Shown: in pieces, positions 19,149-29,088 of the stretch
How positions within the stretch are numbered: position 1 is the first letter of the stretch
How the letters are laid out: the number at the start of each line of letters is the position of its first letter
Origin: an uncultured Gemmatimonadales bacterium
GTDB taxonomy: Bacteria; Gemmatimonadota; Gemmatimonadetes; Gemmatimonadales; Gemmatimonadaceae
Length of the DNA stretch: 64,000 nucleotides
Direction: 5' to 3'
Assembly: GCA_963701965.1 (NCBI GenBank)
Contig: OY969695.1
Span: 3,360,001 to 3,424,000, forward strand
Notes under the pieces: generated by a model
What the model saw: the letters and a program-made list of their open reading frames with translations, nothing else
The model's database searches: none
Told to the model about the DNA's origin: nothing
Made by a program: the position numbers and the translations under genes

Positions 19149-20825
19149 ATGCGGAAACCCCTCGTGCCCCGGTCCCGCGGTCAGCTCCTCATCGCGCTCA
19201 CCGTCGCCCTGGCTGCCGCCTTCGGGCTCGCGGTCTGGCAGACCGGTCGGGTGCAGCACGAGCGCGTGCGCGCGGCCGTCTGCTTTTATGCCGCAAGCGC
19301 GGCGCGGCAGCTGTTGGCGCGGGCCCGCGTGCTGCTCCACGCCACGGCCGATCCCATCTTCGCTGGCGTTGGCGGCCAGGTCCCCGTGGCGCCGGGCGCG
19401 CCCCTGCCGTCGCCCGCGGTGCTGGCGCATACCGCGCAGTCGCTTGCCGATTGTCATTGCTCGCCCGCCGTCCCGGCGCGCGCCTATTTTCGCGCCAATG
19501 CATCCGACGGCCGCATCACGGTCGTGCCGGCAGCCGGCGACTCGTCAGTCACCGATACGGCGGCCATCCGGCACACGCTCACGGCCAGCGTGGCGGTGAT
19601 TCGCGCCGCGGGGGTCGCCGCGCTCCAGTCGAAGCACGACGTCATCATTGTCGCGCCCAAATACGCGTCGGACGGCGCGCTGCGCGCGATCTACGGGATC
19701 GTCATGGCGCCCGCGGCGTTCGCCGAGACGTTCGTGGCGCCGATCTTCAATCAGGTGTCGCTCTTTCCGCGCGAGTTGACGGAGCGGGGCACGCTGCCGA
19801 ATTCCGCGTTCGTCTCCTACCGCGTCACGGACTACGATGGCGCGGCCATCGACCAGTCCGCCGAGCAGTTCTCGGGGTGCACCGGGACGGCGGTGCCGGA
19901 TCCGGCGATGGCCTACGTGCTGCTTTCCCTGCGTGCGACGCCGGCCACCGCGGAGCGGTGGTCGGCGGTGGGCACGGTGCCTTCGCGCCTGCCGATCCTC
20001 GCGACGTTGCTGTTCGCGACGCTGGGCTGCGGCGCCGCCGCGGCGATCGTCGGGCATCGGGAGGCGGAGTTGGCGCGCCTCCGATCGGATTTCGTGTCGG
20101 GCGTGTCGCACGAGCTGCGGATGCCGCTGGCGCAGATCCTCCTGTTCGGCGAGACGTTGAGCCTGGGCCGCACCCGGTCCGAGGCCGCGCGCACCGAGGC
20201 CGCCGACGTCATCGTGCGGGAGGCCAACCGCCTGACGGGTCTCGTGGAGAACATTCTGTATTTCTCGCGCGTGGAGCACCACAACCTGCACGTCGCGATG
20301 GAGCCGGTGAGGCTCGGCGCCTGGACGGAGACGATCGCGGCGGCGATGGGTCCGTTGGCGGCCGACGCCGGGGCGGCCATCGCGGTGGACGTGCCCGAGC
20401 GGTTGGACGTGATGCTCGACCAGAGCGCGTTTCGACAGGTGCTATTCAACCTGTTGGACAACGCTCTCAAATACGGACCCCGCGGACAGCGCGTGTCAGT
20501 GACCGCCGTCGCTGTGGATGGCCGGGTGCGTCTGGCGATCGAAGATCAAGGTCCCGGGATTCCGGCGGCCGACGCGCGCCGCATCTTCACGCCCTTCGTG
20601 CGTCTCGATCGCGATCGACACACCGCGGTCGGCGGCTGTGGTCTGGGACTGGCGGTCGTGCGGGACATCGTGGCGCTGCACGGCGGGCGCGTGTGGGTCG
20701 AGCCGACGCCGGGCGGTCACGCCCGGTTCGTTATAGAGCTACAGCTCTCGTTCGCGGACCGGGAGAGCGGTGCGGTCCGGCTCGATGAGACCCTGCCCGG
20801 CGCCGAGGATCGTCACGTCGGGTAG
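19149..20825 (+). CDS. Membrane sensor histidine kinase (HisKA/HATPase)
   Basis: Two TMs; VSHELRMPL, NLLDNALKYG, DQGPGI, GCGLGL. Divergent from the OmpR-family regulator. Confidence 0.92.
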   Translation: MRKPLVPRSRGQLLIALTVALAAAFGLAVWQTGRVQHERVRAAVCFYAASAARQLLARARVLLHATADPIFAGVGGQVPVAPGAPLPSPAVLAHTAQSLADCHCSPAVPARAYFRANASDGRITVVPAAGDSSVTDTAAIRHTLTASVAVIRAAGVAALQSKHDVIIVAPKYASDGALRAIYGIVMAPAAFAETFVAPIFNQVSLFPRELTERGTLPNSAFVSYRVTDYDGAAIDQSAEQFSGCTGTAVPDPAMAYVLLSLRATPATAERWSAVGTVPSRLPILATLLFATLGCGAAAAIVGHREAELARLRSDFVSGVSHELRMPLAQILLFGETLSLGRTRSEAARTEAADVIVREANRLTGLVENILYFSRVEHHNLHVAMEPVRLGAWTETIAAAMGPLAADAGAAIAVDVPERLDVMLDQSAFRQVLFNLLDNALKYGPRGQRVSVTAVAVDGRVRLAIEDQGPGIPAADARRIFTPFVRLDRDRHTAVGGCGLGLAVVRDIVALHGGRVWVEPTPGGHARFVIELQLSFADRESGAVRLDETLPGAEDRHVG

Positions 20826-21245
20826 ACCGGCGGTGACGGTCTCCGTGAAGTAACACATCTCCGGCTGCGAGCCATTGGCGACGATGGCGCGAATGGGGAC
20901 CGGCGCGCCGACGATGGTGCGCGACTCGCCCGGCCGCAGTTGGTACGGCTCGGAGCGCAGATCACAGGCATCGGGAACAGCGGCCTGGCCATCGTAGGCC
21001 GCCGGGCCCCGGCGGTCCGGCGACGTATAGACGCTGAGCACGATCGTGCAGGCGGGATTGCCGAGCACGACGCGCCGTGGCGCGCCGGAGGTGTTGGTGA
21101 CGGTCAGCGTGGGGTACAGCATTTCCGCCGTGGCCATGGTAGAGGCCACGAACCGAAGCCCATCCCATGTCAACGACTCGTGGACGATACCATTCGGTAC
21201 CGTCGCGAGGGTCGTCGCGATCGCGCCTGCATACATCCAGATCAC
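20739..21245 (-). CDS. Hypothetical exported protein (Ig-like, possibly BsuPI-like)
   Basis: LTVTNTS...C...C....L.PGES pattern; overlaps the kinase 3' end by 87 nt. Confidence 0.5.
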   Translation of the reverse strand: MIWMYAGAIATTLATVPNGIVHESLTWDGLRFVASTMATAEMLYPTLTVTNTSGAPRRVVLGNPACTIVLSVYTSPDRRGPAAYDGQAAVPDACDLRSEPYQLRPGESRTIVGAPVPIRAIVANGSQPEMCYFTETVTAGLPDVTILGAGQGLIEPDRTALPVREREL

Positions 21246-21306
21246 GGATACACCCCAGCCTCAAGCCACCCGTAATCTGTGGGCCGCCGGTCCCGCGCGC
21301 TATTCC

Positions 21307-23898
21307 CTATTCGCCTTGCAGCGCGAGTTTCGGATCGATCGCGGTGGCGCGCCGCGCCGGAAAATAGGCCGCGGCGCCGGCCACGCCGGTCATGAAGGCG
21401 ATGGCGCCGACCAGGACTCTCGGATCGAGCGGACTGGTGTCGTATAAGAGCGATGCCATGATCTTCGACAGCGAGAGGGCGCCCAGCAATCCGAGCCCGA
21501 TGCCCAACGCGGTCACCACGAGTCCTTGACGGAGGACCATGGCCCGAATCACGCCGCGATCGGCGCCCAACGCCATCCGAATGCCGATCTCCTTGCCCCG
21601 CAGCGTCACGATGTACGACAGCACGCCGAACAATCCGACGGCGGCCAGCAGCAGCGCGACCGCGGCGAAGCTCACCAGGATCCGCATCGTGAAGATCCGC
21701 TGCGCCGAGCCTTGGCCGATCACCTCGTCCAGCGGCGCGGGGTGATCCATGACCAGACGCGGATCGAGCAACGCCAACGCCCGCCGGACGGCCGGCGCGG
21801 CATTGAGCGGCGGGCCGTCCGTGCGCACCAGCTGCACCAGCGACCAGTTGCGATCGCCGGCGAACTGACGATGGGCATAGTAGACGTAGGGTTCCGTCCG
21901 GCCATCGGGAAAGATGGCGACGTCGCCGACGACGCCGATGACGACGCTTTCCCGGTCGCCCGCGTTGAGTTGCTGACCGATCGCATCGACGCCCGGGAAG
22001 AAGCGCTGGGCCGCCGAGTGGCTGATGACGATGTGGCGGGGCACGCCGGCGTCGTCGCGCGCGTCGAACACGCGCCCTGCCAGCACGGGGATTTGTGCCG
22101 CCGCGAAGTACTGCCCGGACACCACGCGGTTGTCGGTCAGCGCGTTCTCTTCCTTGGTGCCCGCCAACGGACCGGAGAGCGCGTCCGTCCCCCACTGGTT
22201 GAATTCGCCAGTGGCAGGGAGCTTCGAGATGCCGCCGACGGCGCGCACGCCGGGCACTTGGGCGATGCGCTCGGCTAACGTTTCGTAGAAACGGGCGCGA
22301 GCCGTCGAGTCGTACGTCGCGTCGGGGAGACTCACGCGAAACGTCAACACGTGATCCGTGCCCACGCCCAGCGGGGTTTGCTCGAGACGCGCCAGGCTGG
22401 CCAGCAGCACGCCGGCGCCGACGAGCAGCACGAACGCCAGCGCGACCTGGGCGATGACGAGACCGGCGCGCAGTCGCCCTTGGCCCGCCGACGATGACGC
22501 GCCGCGCGCTTGCTCGCGGAGCGTCCCGTTCGGATCCACGCGCGCGGCGCGGAGCGCGGGCACGAGGCCGAATCCCAACGCGCTCAGCGTGGATACGCCG
22601 AGCGAAAACATCAGGATCCACGGATCGAGCGCCACCTGATCGATGCGCGGGATCGAACCGGCGCCGAGCCGCGCCAGCGCGGCCATCGCCAAACGCGCGA
22701 CGCCGATGCCGGCGACGCCGCCGGCCACGGCCAGCGTGAGGCTCTCAATGAGCAGCTGCCGCACGAGGCGCGTGCGGCGCGCGCCAAGCGCGGACCGCAC
22801 GGCGAACTCGCGGCTCCGCTCCGAGGCCCGGACCAGCAGCAGGTTGGCGATGTTGACGCAGACGAGCAGCAGCACGAGGCCTACCGCTCCGAGCAGCGCC
22901 ACGAGGGCGCGATCGGCCGTGCCGACGACGTCGGTCTTGAGGGGAACGAGTACTCCGCGGTAGTTCTTCTCCTGAGGATTGGCGATTGCGAGCGCAAGAC
23001 ACAGGGCGTCCAACTCGGCTTGCGCCTGGGTAATGGACGCGCCCGGCTTGAGGCGGGCCAGCACGGTGAGAAAGTTGTTGCCCGGCGTGAAATCACCGGG
23101 ATGGGCCGCGATGTCGACCGGGATCCAGGCATCGACCGCGCCGGAGACCGGGTCGCGGAACTCCTCCGGGCCGACGCCCACGATAGTCCGCGGGATCCCG
23201 CTCATGGTGATCGAGCGGCCGAGCGCGGAGGGATCGCCGCCAAATCGCCGCAGCCAGAACTCGTGGCTCAGGATCACGACGGGCGAGCCGATCTCCTCCC
23301 GCGACTCGAACGCACGGCCGATCGCGGGCGGCGCGCGCAGCGTCGCGAAGTAATCGGCGGTGACGGGCAGGATCTTGATCCGCTCGGCCCCGCCGCCCAG
23401 ATCGATGTCGGCCCCACGTACGTCGTACGTAAAGGTGGCCGCCGCCTGCGCGAAGGTGGAGAGCTGCGTCCGGTAGGCGTTGAAATACGGCACGCTGACG
23501 AAGCCCCGGGCGTCGCGGTCGTTCACGAAGCTCGTGTACACCCGGACCAGTTGCTCGGGTTTGCCATAGGGCAGCGGCTTGAGCAGCACGGCATTGACGG
23601 CACTGAACACTGCGGTGACGCCGCCGGTGCCGAGGGCCAACGTGAGAATCGCGACGATCGTGAAGCGCTTGCTGCGGGCCAGCGTGCGCAACGACCAGCC
23701 GACGTCGGCGATGCTGTCCTCGAGCAGTCGCGTGCCGCGCGCGTCGCGCACTTCTTCTTTGTAATTCTCTATGGCGCCAAACGCCTTCCGCCCCGACATC
23801 TCGAGATGGAACCGCATCTCCTCGGCCATCTCGGCTTCTTCGCGCCGGCGGAAGATGAGCGCGCGCACGCGCTCGGTCAGGTCGGTGAAGAGACTCAT
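21307..23898 (-). CDS. ADOP-family duplicated orphan ABC permease (MacB/FtsX)
   Basis: ATGA overlap with padR; EEMRFHL permease prefix, TLALG.G..TAVFS.VN.VLL.PLP, LL..C.N.ANLLL.R, EIGIRMALGA, PARRA..IDP. Confidence 0.93.
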   Translation of the reverse strand: MSLFTDLTERVRALIFRRREEAEMAEEMRFHLEMSGRKAFGAIENYKEEVRDARGTRLLEDSIADVGWSLRTLARSKRFTIVAILTLALGTGGVTAVFSAVNAVLLKPLPYGKPEQLVRVYTSFVNDRDARGFVSVPYFNAYRTQLSTFAQAAATFTYDVRGADIDLGGGAERIKILPVTADYFATLRAPPAIGRAFESREEIGSPVVILSHEFWLRRFGGDPSALGRSITMSGIPRTIVGVGPEEFRDPVSGAVDAWIPVDIAAHPGDFTPGNNFLTVLARLKPGASITQAQAELDALCLALAIANPQEKNYRGVLVPLKTDVVGTADRALVALLGAVGLVLLLVCVNIANLLLVRASERSREFAVRSALGARRTRLVRQLLIESLTLAVAGGVAGIGVARLAMAALARLGAGSIPRIDQVALDPWILMFSLGVSTLSALGFGLVPALRAARVDPNGTLREQARGASSSAGQGRLRAGLVIAQVALAFVLLVGAGVLLASLARLEQTPLGVGTDHVLTFRVSLPDATYDSTARARFYETLAERIAQVPGVRAVGGISKLPATGEFNQWGTDALSGPLAGTKEENALTDNRVVSGQYFAAAQIPVLAGRVFDARDDAGVPRHIVISHSAAQRFFPGVDAIGQQLNAGDRESVVIGVVGDVAIFPDGRTEPYVYYAHRQFAGDRNWSLVQLVRTDGPPLNAAPAVRRALALLDPRLVMDHPAPLDEVIGQGSAQRIFTMRILVSFAAVALLLAAVGLFGVLSYIVTLRGKEIGIRMALGADRGVIRAMVLRQGLVVTALGIGLGLLGALSLSKIMASLLYDTSPLDPRVLVGAIAFMTGVAGAAAYFPARRATAIDPKLALQGE

Positions 23899-24203
23899 GC
23901 CAGCACCCAATTGACGGCGGCCGACGTGCGCTCCCACGTCGCGCGCTCGATCTCCAGTTGGCGCCGTCCGGCGGCGGTCAGCTCGTAGTACCGCGCCCGC
24001 CGGTTGTTTTCCGTGGCGCGCCAAGCGGCCGTGATCCAACCGCGCCGTTTCATACGCTGGAGGGCGGGGTAGAGCGAGCCCTGTTGCACGGAAAACACGC
24101 CGCGCGACAGCTGCTCGACGCGCTGGGCGATGCCCCACCCGTGCATGGGTTCCAACACCAGCGTCTTGAGGACCAGCATTTCCAACGTGCCTTGTAGTAG
24201 CAC
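23895..24203 (-). CDS. PadR family transcriptional regulator (acidobacterial type)
   Basis: LLQGTLEML.LK.L...MHGWGI, QGSLYPAL.R, NNRRARYY.LT..GR; GTG 24203 is preceded by AGGAG. Confidence 0.93.
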   Translation of the reverse strand: MLLQGTLEMLVLKTLVLEPMHGWGIAQRVEQLSRGVFSVQQGSLYPALQRMKRRGWITAAWRATENNRRARYYELTAAGRRQLEIERATWERTSAAVNWVLA

Positions 24204-24211
24204 CGGCGCTC

Positions 24212-24239
24212 CTGTAGACCGTCTACAGAGCACACTATA
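24212..24239 (-). promoter_or_regulatory. Putative PadR operator CTGTAGAC-N-GTCTACAG with TATAGT -10
   Basis: Perfect 8-1-8 palindrome at 24212-24228, just downstream of TATAGT (24239-24234) and overlapping the RBS. Confidence 0.7.
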
Positions 24240-25424
24240 TCACGGGGTGGCTCCCGCCGCCAGCAGGGCGGCCCGGGTGGCCGCGTAGTCGCCGGCGGCA
24301 CGGAGCCAACTCCCGTTGGCCCCATGGTAGGCCCAGCCGATGGGCGTGCCGCTGTATCGCTCATCGATTGTCTCGACGGGCGCGCCGTGCTGCAGGAGCT
24401 CGCGAACCATGGCGACGTTGCCGTGGAAGGCGGCCCAGTGCAGCGCGGTCGCGCCGTGGTGCCCGCGCGCGTCCACCGGCCAGCCGAGGGCCAGCATACG
24501 GGAGACGGCGCGGGTGTTGTTCCGCTCGGCCATCTCGGCGATCCGCGGGCCCAGTGCCTCGGAGATCGCGACCGGGCCCTGGGCGGTCTCCTCGCTGCCA
24601 TCGGCGATAGCGACGGCCAGCCGAAGATCGGGCGTGCTGCGTTCCCACAGGAGGTCGTACACGGCCGGATGTCCGAACGCGCGCGCGACTTCGTGGGCGG
24701 TCATGTTGTGCCCCAGCGTCCAGTGGTAGATCGAGCCTCCGGCCTGGAGATTTTGTTGCGGAAAGTGCCGGTGAGACACCGTGAGGGTCACTGAGGCCGG
24801 ATCCGCGTCGAGGTGTCGTCGCACCAGGTCGATGTCGCCGAGGGCCACGGCGAGCAGGAGGTCCGTGCGGCATCCGCGCGCCACGAGCGCGCGCGCCACG
24901 TCCTGATGCTCACGTACCATGTACTGCGCGGGCGTCGACTCGTGGTCGATGGCCAGCGCATTGATGTCAGCGCCGTGGTCGAGCAGCAGGTGCGCTGTCG
25001 ACACCGTCCTCGCGCAGTGGAGCGGCGTCTGGCCATCGGGACCGTGGGCGTGGACGACGCCGGGATCGCGTGCGATCAAGGCGCGCAGGTCGGCCTCGAG
25101 GCCGAGCCGCGCCGCCGCGAACGCGTCGACGCGGGCGCCGCGCTGGATGAGATACGCGGCCAGCGCTGGTTCGGCCTGATCCAGGACACCGAAACCGCCC
25201 GCCCACCAGTGACTCTTCTGGTCGATGTCGGCGCCGGCATCGAGCAGCGTGTCGATGATCTCCCGGTTGCCGCGTTGCACGGCACCCAGGAGCGCCGTGG
25301 CACCGAAGCCCAACTCCTCGATGGGGTCATTGATATGGTCCCTCAGGTCCGGGTGCGCCGCCAGGGTGGCACGGACCGTGGCGGCATCATTTGCTTGGAT
25401 GGCACGGGCGAGATCGGACAACAT
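24240..25424 (-). CDS. Ankyrin repeat protein
   Basis: Real start ATG 25424; LLDAGADI, GQTPLH, LLLDHGADIN, GATALHWAA, GTP.GWA repeats. Confidence 0.88.
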   Translation of the reverse strand: MLSDLARAIQANDAATVRATLAAHPDLRDHINDPIEELGFGATALLGAVQRGNREIIDTLLDAGADIDQKSHWWAGGFGVLDQAEPALAAYLIQRGARVDAFAAARLGLEADLRALIARDPGVVHAHGPDGQTPLHCARTVSTAHLLLDHGADINALAIDHESTPAQYMVREHQDVARALVARGCRTDLLLAVALGDIDLVRRHLDADPASVTLTVSHRHFPQQNLQAGGSIYHWTLGHNMTAHEVARAFGHPAVYDLLWERSTPDLRLAVAIADGSEETAQGPVAISEALGPRIAEMAERNNTRAVSRMLALGWPVDARGHHGATALHWAAFHGNVAMVRELLQHGAPVETIDERYSGTPIGWAYHGANGSWLRAAGDYAATRAALLAAGATP

Positions 25425-25475
25425 GTGTCGAAAACTAGTTAGCGATTCGGGTCCCGGCGCGATTAAGTTGCCCGG

Positions 25476-27095
25476 ATGACGTACCGGGTACTGATCACTG
25501 ACGAGATAGATCCCGACGGCGTGGCCGTGCTGGCCGCGGAACCTGGCTTGACCGTCGATGAAGTGCCGACGCTTTCGCGCGACGAGCTCTTGGCGCGCAT
25601 CGGCGGCTACGACGCGCTGGTTGGTCGGAGCGCGACGCGCATTTCGCCGGAGTTGCTGCGCGCGGCGCCGCGGCTTTCGGTCGTGGGCCGCGCCGGTGTG
25701 GGGGTCGACAACATCGCGGTCGATCTGGCGACCGAGATGGGGATCGCGGTGATCAATGCACCGGCGGGCAACACGATCGCGGTGGCCGAACTGTTTTTCG
25801 GGACCGTCATCGGGCTGCTGCGGCACATCCCGCGCGCGGACCATTCGATGCACGACGGCCGGTGGGATCGCTCGCAGTTCCTGGGCCGCGAATTGCGGGG
25901 CCAGACGCTCGGCATCGTCGGGCTGGGCCGCATCGGGGGCGAGATCGCGGTGCGCGCCCATGCGTTTGGTATGACCGTGGTGGCGTACGATCCGTACATT
26001 GGCGAGAGTCGCTTTCAGGGGCTCAGGGTCCGGCGGGCGTCGACGTTGGACGACCTCCTGTCCGAGTCGAGTCTCGTCACCGTCCACACGCCGCTGACCG
26101 ATGAGACGCGGGGCCTGATCGGCGCGCGCGAGATCGCGCGCCTCCCGCATGGCGCGGTCGTGGTCAACATGGCCCGGGGCGGCATCGTCGACGACGCCGC
26201 ACTCTCGACGGCCATCCGCGCGGGGCGCGTCGCCGGCGCCGTGCTGGACGTGTACGCCGCCGAGCCGCTGGCGGCGGACCATCCGCTGCGCGCGATGACG
26301 AACGTGGTGTTGACGCCGCACATCGGCGCGTCCACGGCGGAGGCGCAACGGTCCGTGGCGGTCGACGTGTGCCGGGCGGTTCGCGATGCGCTGCTGCACG
26401 GCGAGCTGTCCCAGTCGATCAACGCGGCACTCGTCGACGGCTTGTCGGCGGCCGACGTGCGGCCGGTGTTGGTCCTCACGCGGCAGCTTGCGGCCGTCGG
26501 CCGCGCCGTGTTGGCGTCGCGCGGAGCGCGCGCCATCGACCGCATCGACGTGACGAGTGGTGACGCGCTGACCGGCGCGCGCGATGCGCTGCAGGCGGCG
26601 GCGGCACTCGGCGCGTTGGCGCCGGTGCTGTCCAACGAACGCCTCAACCTGATCAACGCGCGCGCGCTGGCCGTCGCGCGCGGGATCGCGCTGTCGGCCA
26701 CGCAAGGGGCACCGTCGGACAACGGGCCCGCGCCCTATGGGGTGAGCGTGCGCGTCACCAGCGGGTCGCGCGAGATCAGTGTCGCCGGCACGGCGCATCC
26801 CGCGGGCGCGCCGCGTTTGACGCGCATCGGCTCGTTCCACGTGGATGTGCATCCCCGTGGGACGTTGCTCATCCTGGACAACACGGACGTCCCCGGCGTC
26901 ATTGGTCACGTTGGCACGGTGCTCGGCGCCGCCGGGGTCAACATCGCCGAGTATCATCAGGCGCGCCTCGCGCAGGGTGGGGAAGCGTTGGCCGCGGTGG
27001 CGGTGGACGGGCGGGTCGGTGACGATGTGCGGCACGCGTTGCTGGCACTCCCGGACGTGCACGCGGTCACCGTCGTCGAGCTGCCCACCGAGTAA
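25476..27095 (+). CDS. serA: D-3-phosphoglycerate dehydrogenase (long form with ASB + ACT domains)
   Basis: RAGVGVDNI, NAP.GNT, G.GRIG, ARGG, LDVY..EP, TPHIGASTAEAQ, C-terminal D.PGVIG.VG..LG..GVNIA. Confidence 0.95.
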   Translation: MTYRVLITDEIDPDGVAVLAAEPGLTVDEVPTLSRDELLARIGGYDALVGRSATRISPELLRAAPRLSVVGRAGVGVDNIAVDLATEMGIAVINAPAGNTIAVAELFFGTVIGLLRHIPRADHSMHDGRWDRSQFLGRELRGQTLGIVGLGRIGGEIAVRAHAFGMTVVAYDPYIGESRFQGLRVRRASTLDDLLSESSLVTVHTPLTDETRGLIGAREIARLPHGAVVVNMARGGIVDDAALSTAIRAGRVAGAVLDVYAAEPLAADHPLRAMTNVVLTPHIGASTAEAQRSVAVDVCRAVRDALLHGELSQSINAALVDGLSAADVRPVLVLTRQLAAVGRAVLASRGARAIDRIDVTSGDALTGARDALQAAAALGALAPVLSNERLNLINARALAVARGIALSATQGAPSDNGPAPYGVSVRVTSGSREISVAGTAHPAGAPRLTRIGSFHVDVHPRGTLLILDNTDVPGVIGHVGTVLGAAGVNIAEYHQARLAQGGEALAAVAVDGRVGDDVRHALLALPDVHAVTVVELPTE

Positions 27096-27099
27096 GCGC

Positions 27100-28453
27100 G
27101 TGGGGTTCAGCACGGACGATGACGTCCGGCAGGCATTCGAAGCCGATGCATCCGGGCTTCGCCTGCGGCCCGACGCCGTCGCGCGACCGACGTCGACTGA
27201 TGAGGTCATCGCGGTGCTCGGCGGGGCCGTCGCCGCGCGCACGCCGGTCACCACGGCCGGCGCGCAGAGCAGCACGACGGGGGCCTCGATCACGGATCGT
27301 GGCCTCGTGCTCTCGATGCGGGGCTGCGACCGGATCATCGACATTGATGCCGGGGCGCGCACGGCGCGGGTCGAAGCGGGCGCGTTGGTCGCCGACGTCA
27401 AGCGCGCGGCGGCGGCGTGCGGACTCACGTGGGCGCCCGACCCCACGAGCGAAGTCGAGTCCACGGTCGGCGGGGCCATCGCGTGCAATGCATCCGGGCC
27501 ACGGACGCTGTGGTACGGCCCCACGCGCCAGCACGTGCGAGCGCTGCGCGTCGCACTGTGCGACGGGCGCATCTTGTCGCTGCGGCGGCCGATGTTCGAC
27601 AAGAACACCGTCGGCTATAGCCTTGTGCAGGATCCCGTCGACTGGTTCATCGGGAGCGAAGGCACGCTCGGCGTCGTCTTGGACGCCGAGTTGTCGTTGG
27701 TCCCGTTGCCCGACCACGTCATAGGCCTGGCGATCCCATTCTCTACCGAGGCAGCTCGCATTCGTCTTTGTTGCCGCCGCGCGCGAAGCGCGCGCGGTGT
27801 CCCCGCGATGCATCGAGTTTCTGGACGCCGAGGCGACACGGATCGCCCGCGCGGCGGGCGAGCGGCTGTCCGTGCCCGATGGAGCCAGTCTCGTGTACGT
27901 GGAGCAAGAGGCGTCAGAGAGCGCGCTCGATGCTTGGTTGGCGCTAGCCGAGACGCACGGGGCGCAGGCCGACGACATCCAGGTGTTCGACGGCGCCCCC
28001 GAGATCGCGCGAGCGCGCGCGATGCGGCACGCCGTGCCCGCGACGATGCACGAACGGGCGGCGCGGGCGCGCGCGGCCGGCGGCCGGCGCGTCTCGACGG
28101 ACTGGGCGGTGCCGTATCGCGAGCTACGCGCCGCGGTCGAGACCGCGCGGCGGTTGGCGGACGATGCGGAGATCGCGCCGGCCGTGGTGTACGGCCACGC
28201 GGGGAACGGGCATCCGCATCAGAACTACATCGCCGGGGACGCCGCCGAGCTGGCGGCGATCGAGCGGGTGGTCGAGGCGACGCTGCGGTACGTCGTGGGC
28301 GTCGGCGGTACCATTGCGGCCGAGCACGGGATCGGGAAGATCAAGCGCCGATGGCTGCCGTTGCAGCTTCTGGGCGTCCAGCTCGACGTGATGCGCGCGG
28401 TCAAGCGGGAGCTGGATCCGCACGGCCTTCTGGCGCCCGGGAACATCCTGTGA
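27100..28453 (+). pseudogene. FAD-binding oxidoreductase (GlcD / D-2-hydroxyacid dehydrogenase family), frameshifted near 27754
   Basis: N-half PDPTS...STVGG.IA.NASG and GSEGTLGVV in frame 1; C-half YGHAGNGH.H, AEHGIGK.K and K..LDP...L.PGNI in frame 2. Confidence 0.8.
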
Positions 28454-29088
28454 GGTTCGCGTCCGTGGTGTTCGACGTGGACTCGACGCTGACGCGCCTC
28501 GAAGGCATCGAGTGGCTGGCGGAGCAGCGGGGGCCAGCCGTGGCGCGGGCGGTGGCGGACATGACGACCCGCGTCATGGAGGGCGCCTTGGCATTGGACG
28601 CCGTGTATGCCGAGCGGCTGGCGATGGTCCGTCCGTCGCGGGCGGATCTCACGGCGCTCGGTGAGGCCTATGCAGCGGCAGTCGTCGCGGGCGTGCCCGA
28701 GGTCTTCGACGCGCTCCGCGCGTCGAAGGTGCATATTGTCCTCGTCAGCGGTGGCCTGTTGGACGCGGTAGTGCCGTTCGCTGTCTCGCTCGGCGTACCC
28801 GCGACTGATGTCCACGCGGTCCCGTTGGAGTTCACGGCCGACGGTGCCTACGCGGGTTTCGACGCTACGTCGCCGTTGGCGTGTCGCGGCGGCAAGCCGC
28901 GGGTCGTGGAGTCTTTACATCTGCCGAGACCGATCCTGGCCATCGGTGACGGTAGCACGGACGCCGAGCTCAAGTCCTGCGTCGACGCGTTCGCCGCGTT
29001 CACGGGCGTGGCGCGCCGCGAGGCCGTGGTCGCGGTGGCCGACCATGTCGTCACGCGCTTCGCTGACATTCCTTCTCTCGTGCTATGA
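28450..29088 (+). CDS. serB: HAD-IB phosphoserine phosphatase
   Basis: GTGA overlap; FDVDSTL..LEGI, VSGG, K and IGDGSTD motifs. Confidence 0.88.
   Translation: MRFASVVFDVDSTLTRLEGIEWLAEQRGPAVARAVADMTTRVMEGALALDAVYAERLAMVRPSRADLTALGEAYAAAVVAGVPEVFDALRASKVHIVLVSGGLLDAVVPFAVSLGVPATDVHAVPLEFTADGAYAGFDATSPLACRGGKPRVVESLHLPRPILAIGDGSTDAELKSCVDAFAAFTGVARREAVVAVADHVVTRFADIPSLVL

Noticed and set aside
21259..21275. OmpR-type direct repeat TTACGG-N5-TTGAGG
   Set aside because: Only 4/6 match, a single instance, and no clear -10 at the expected distance.
25425..27608. 1122-aa ankyrin ORF N-terminal extension
   Set aside because: Antisense shadow of serA; the ankyrin protein starts at 25424 behind its own -10.
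26845..29088. 747-aa FAD oxidase-SerB fusion as a real protein
   Set aside because: The middle is out-of-frame Arg-rich sequence caused by the frameshift near 27754; serB has its own GTG overlapping the oxidase stop.
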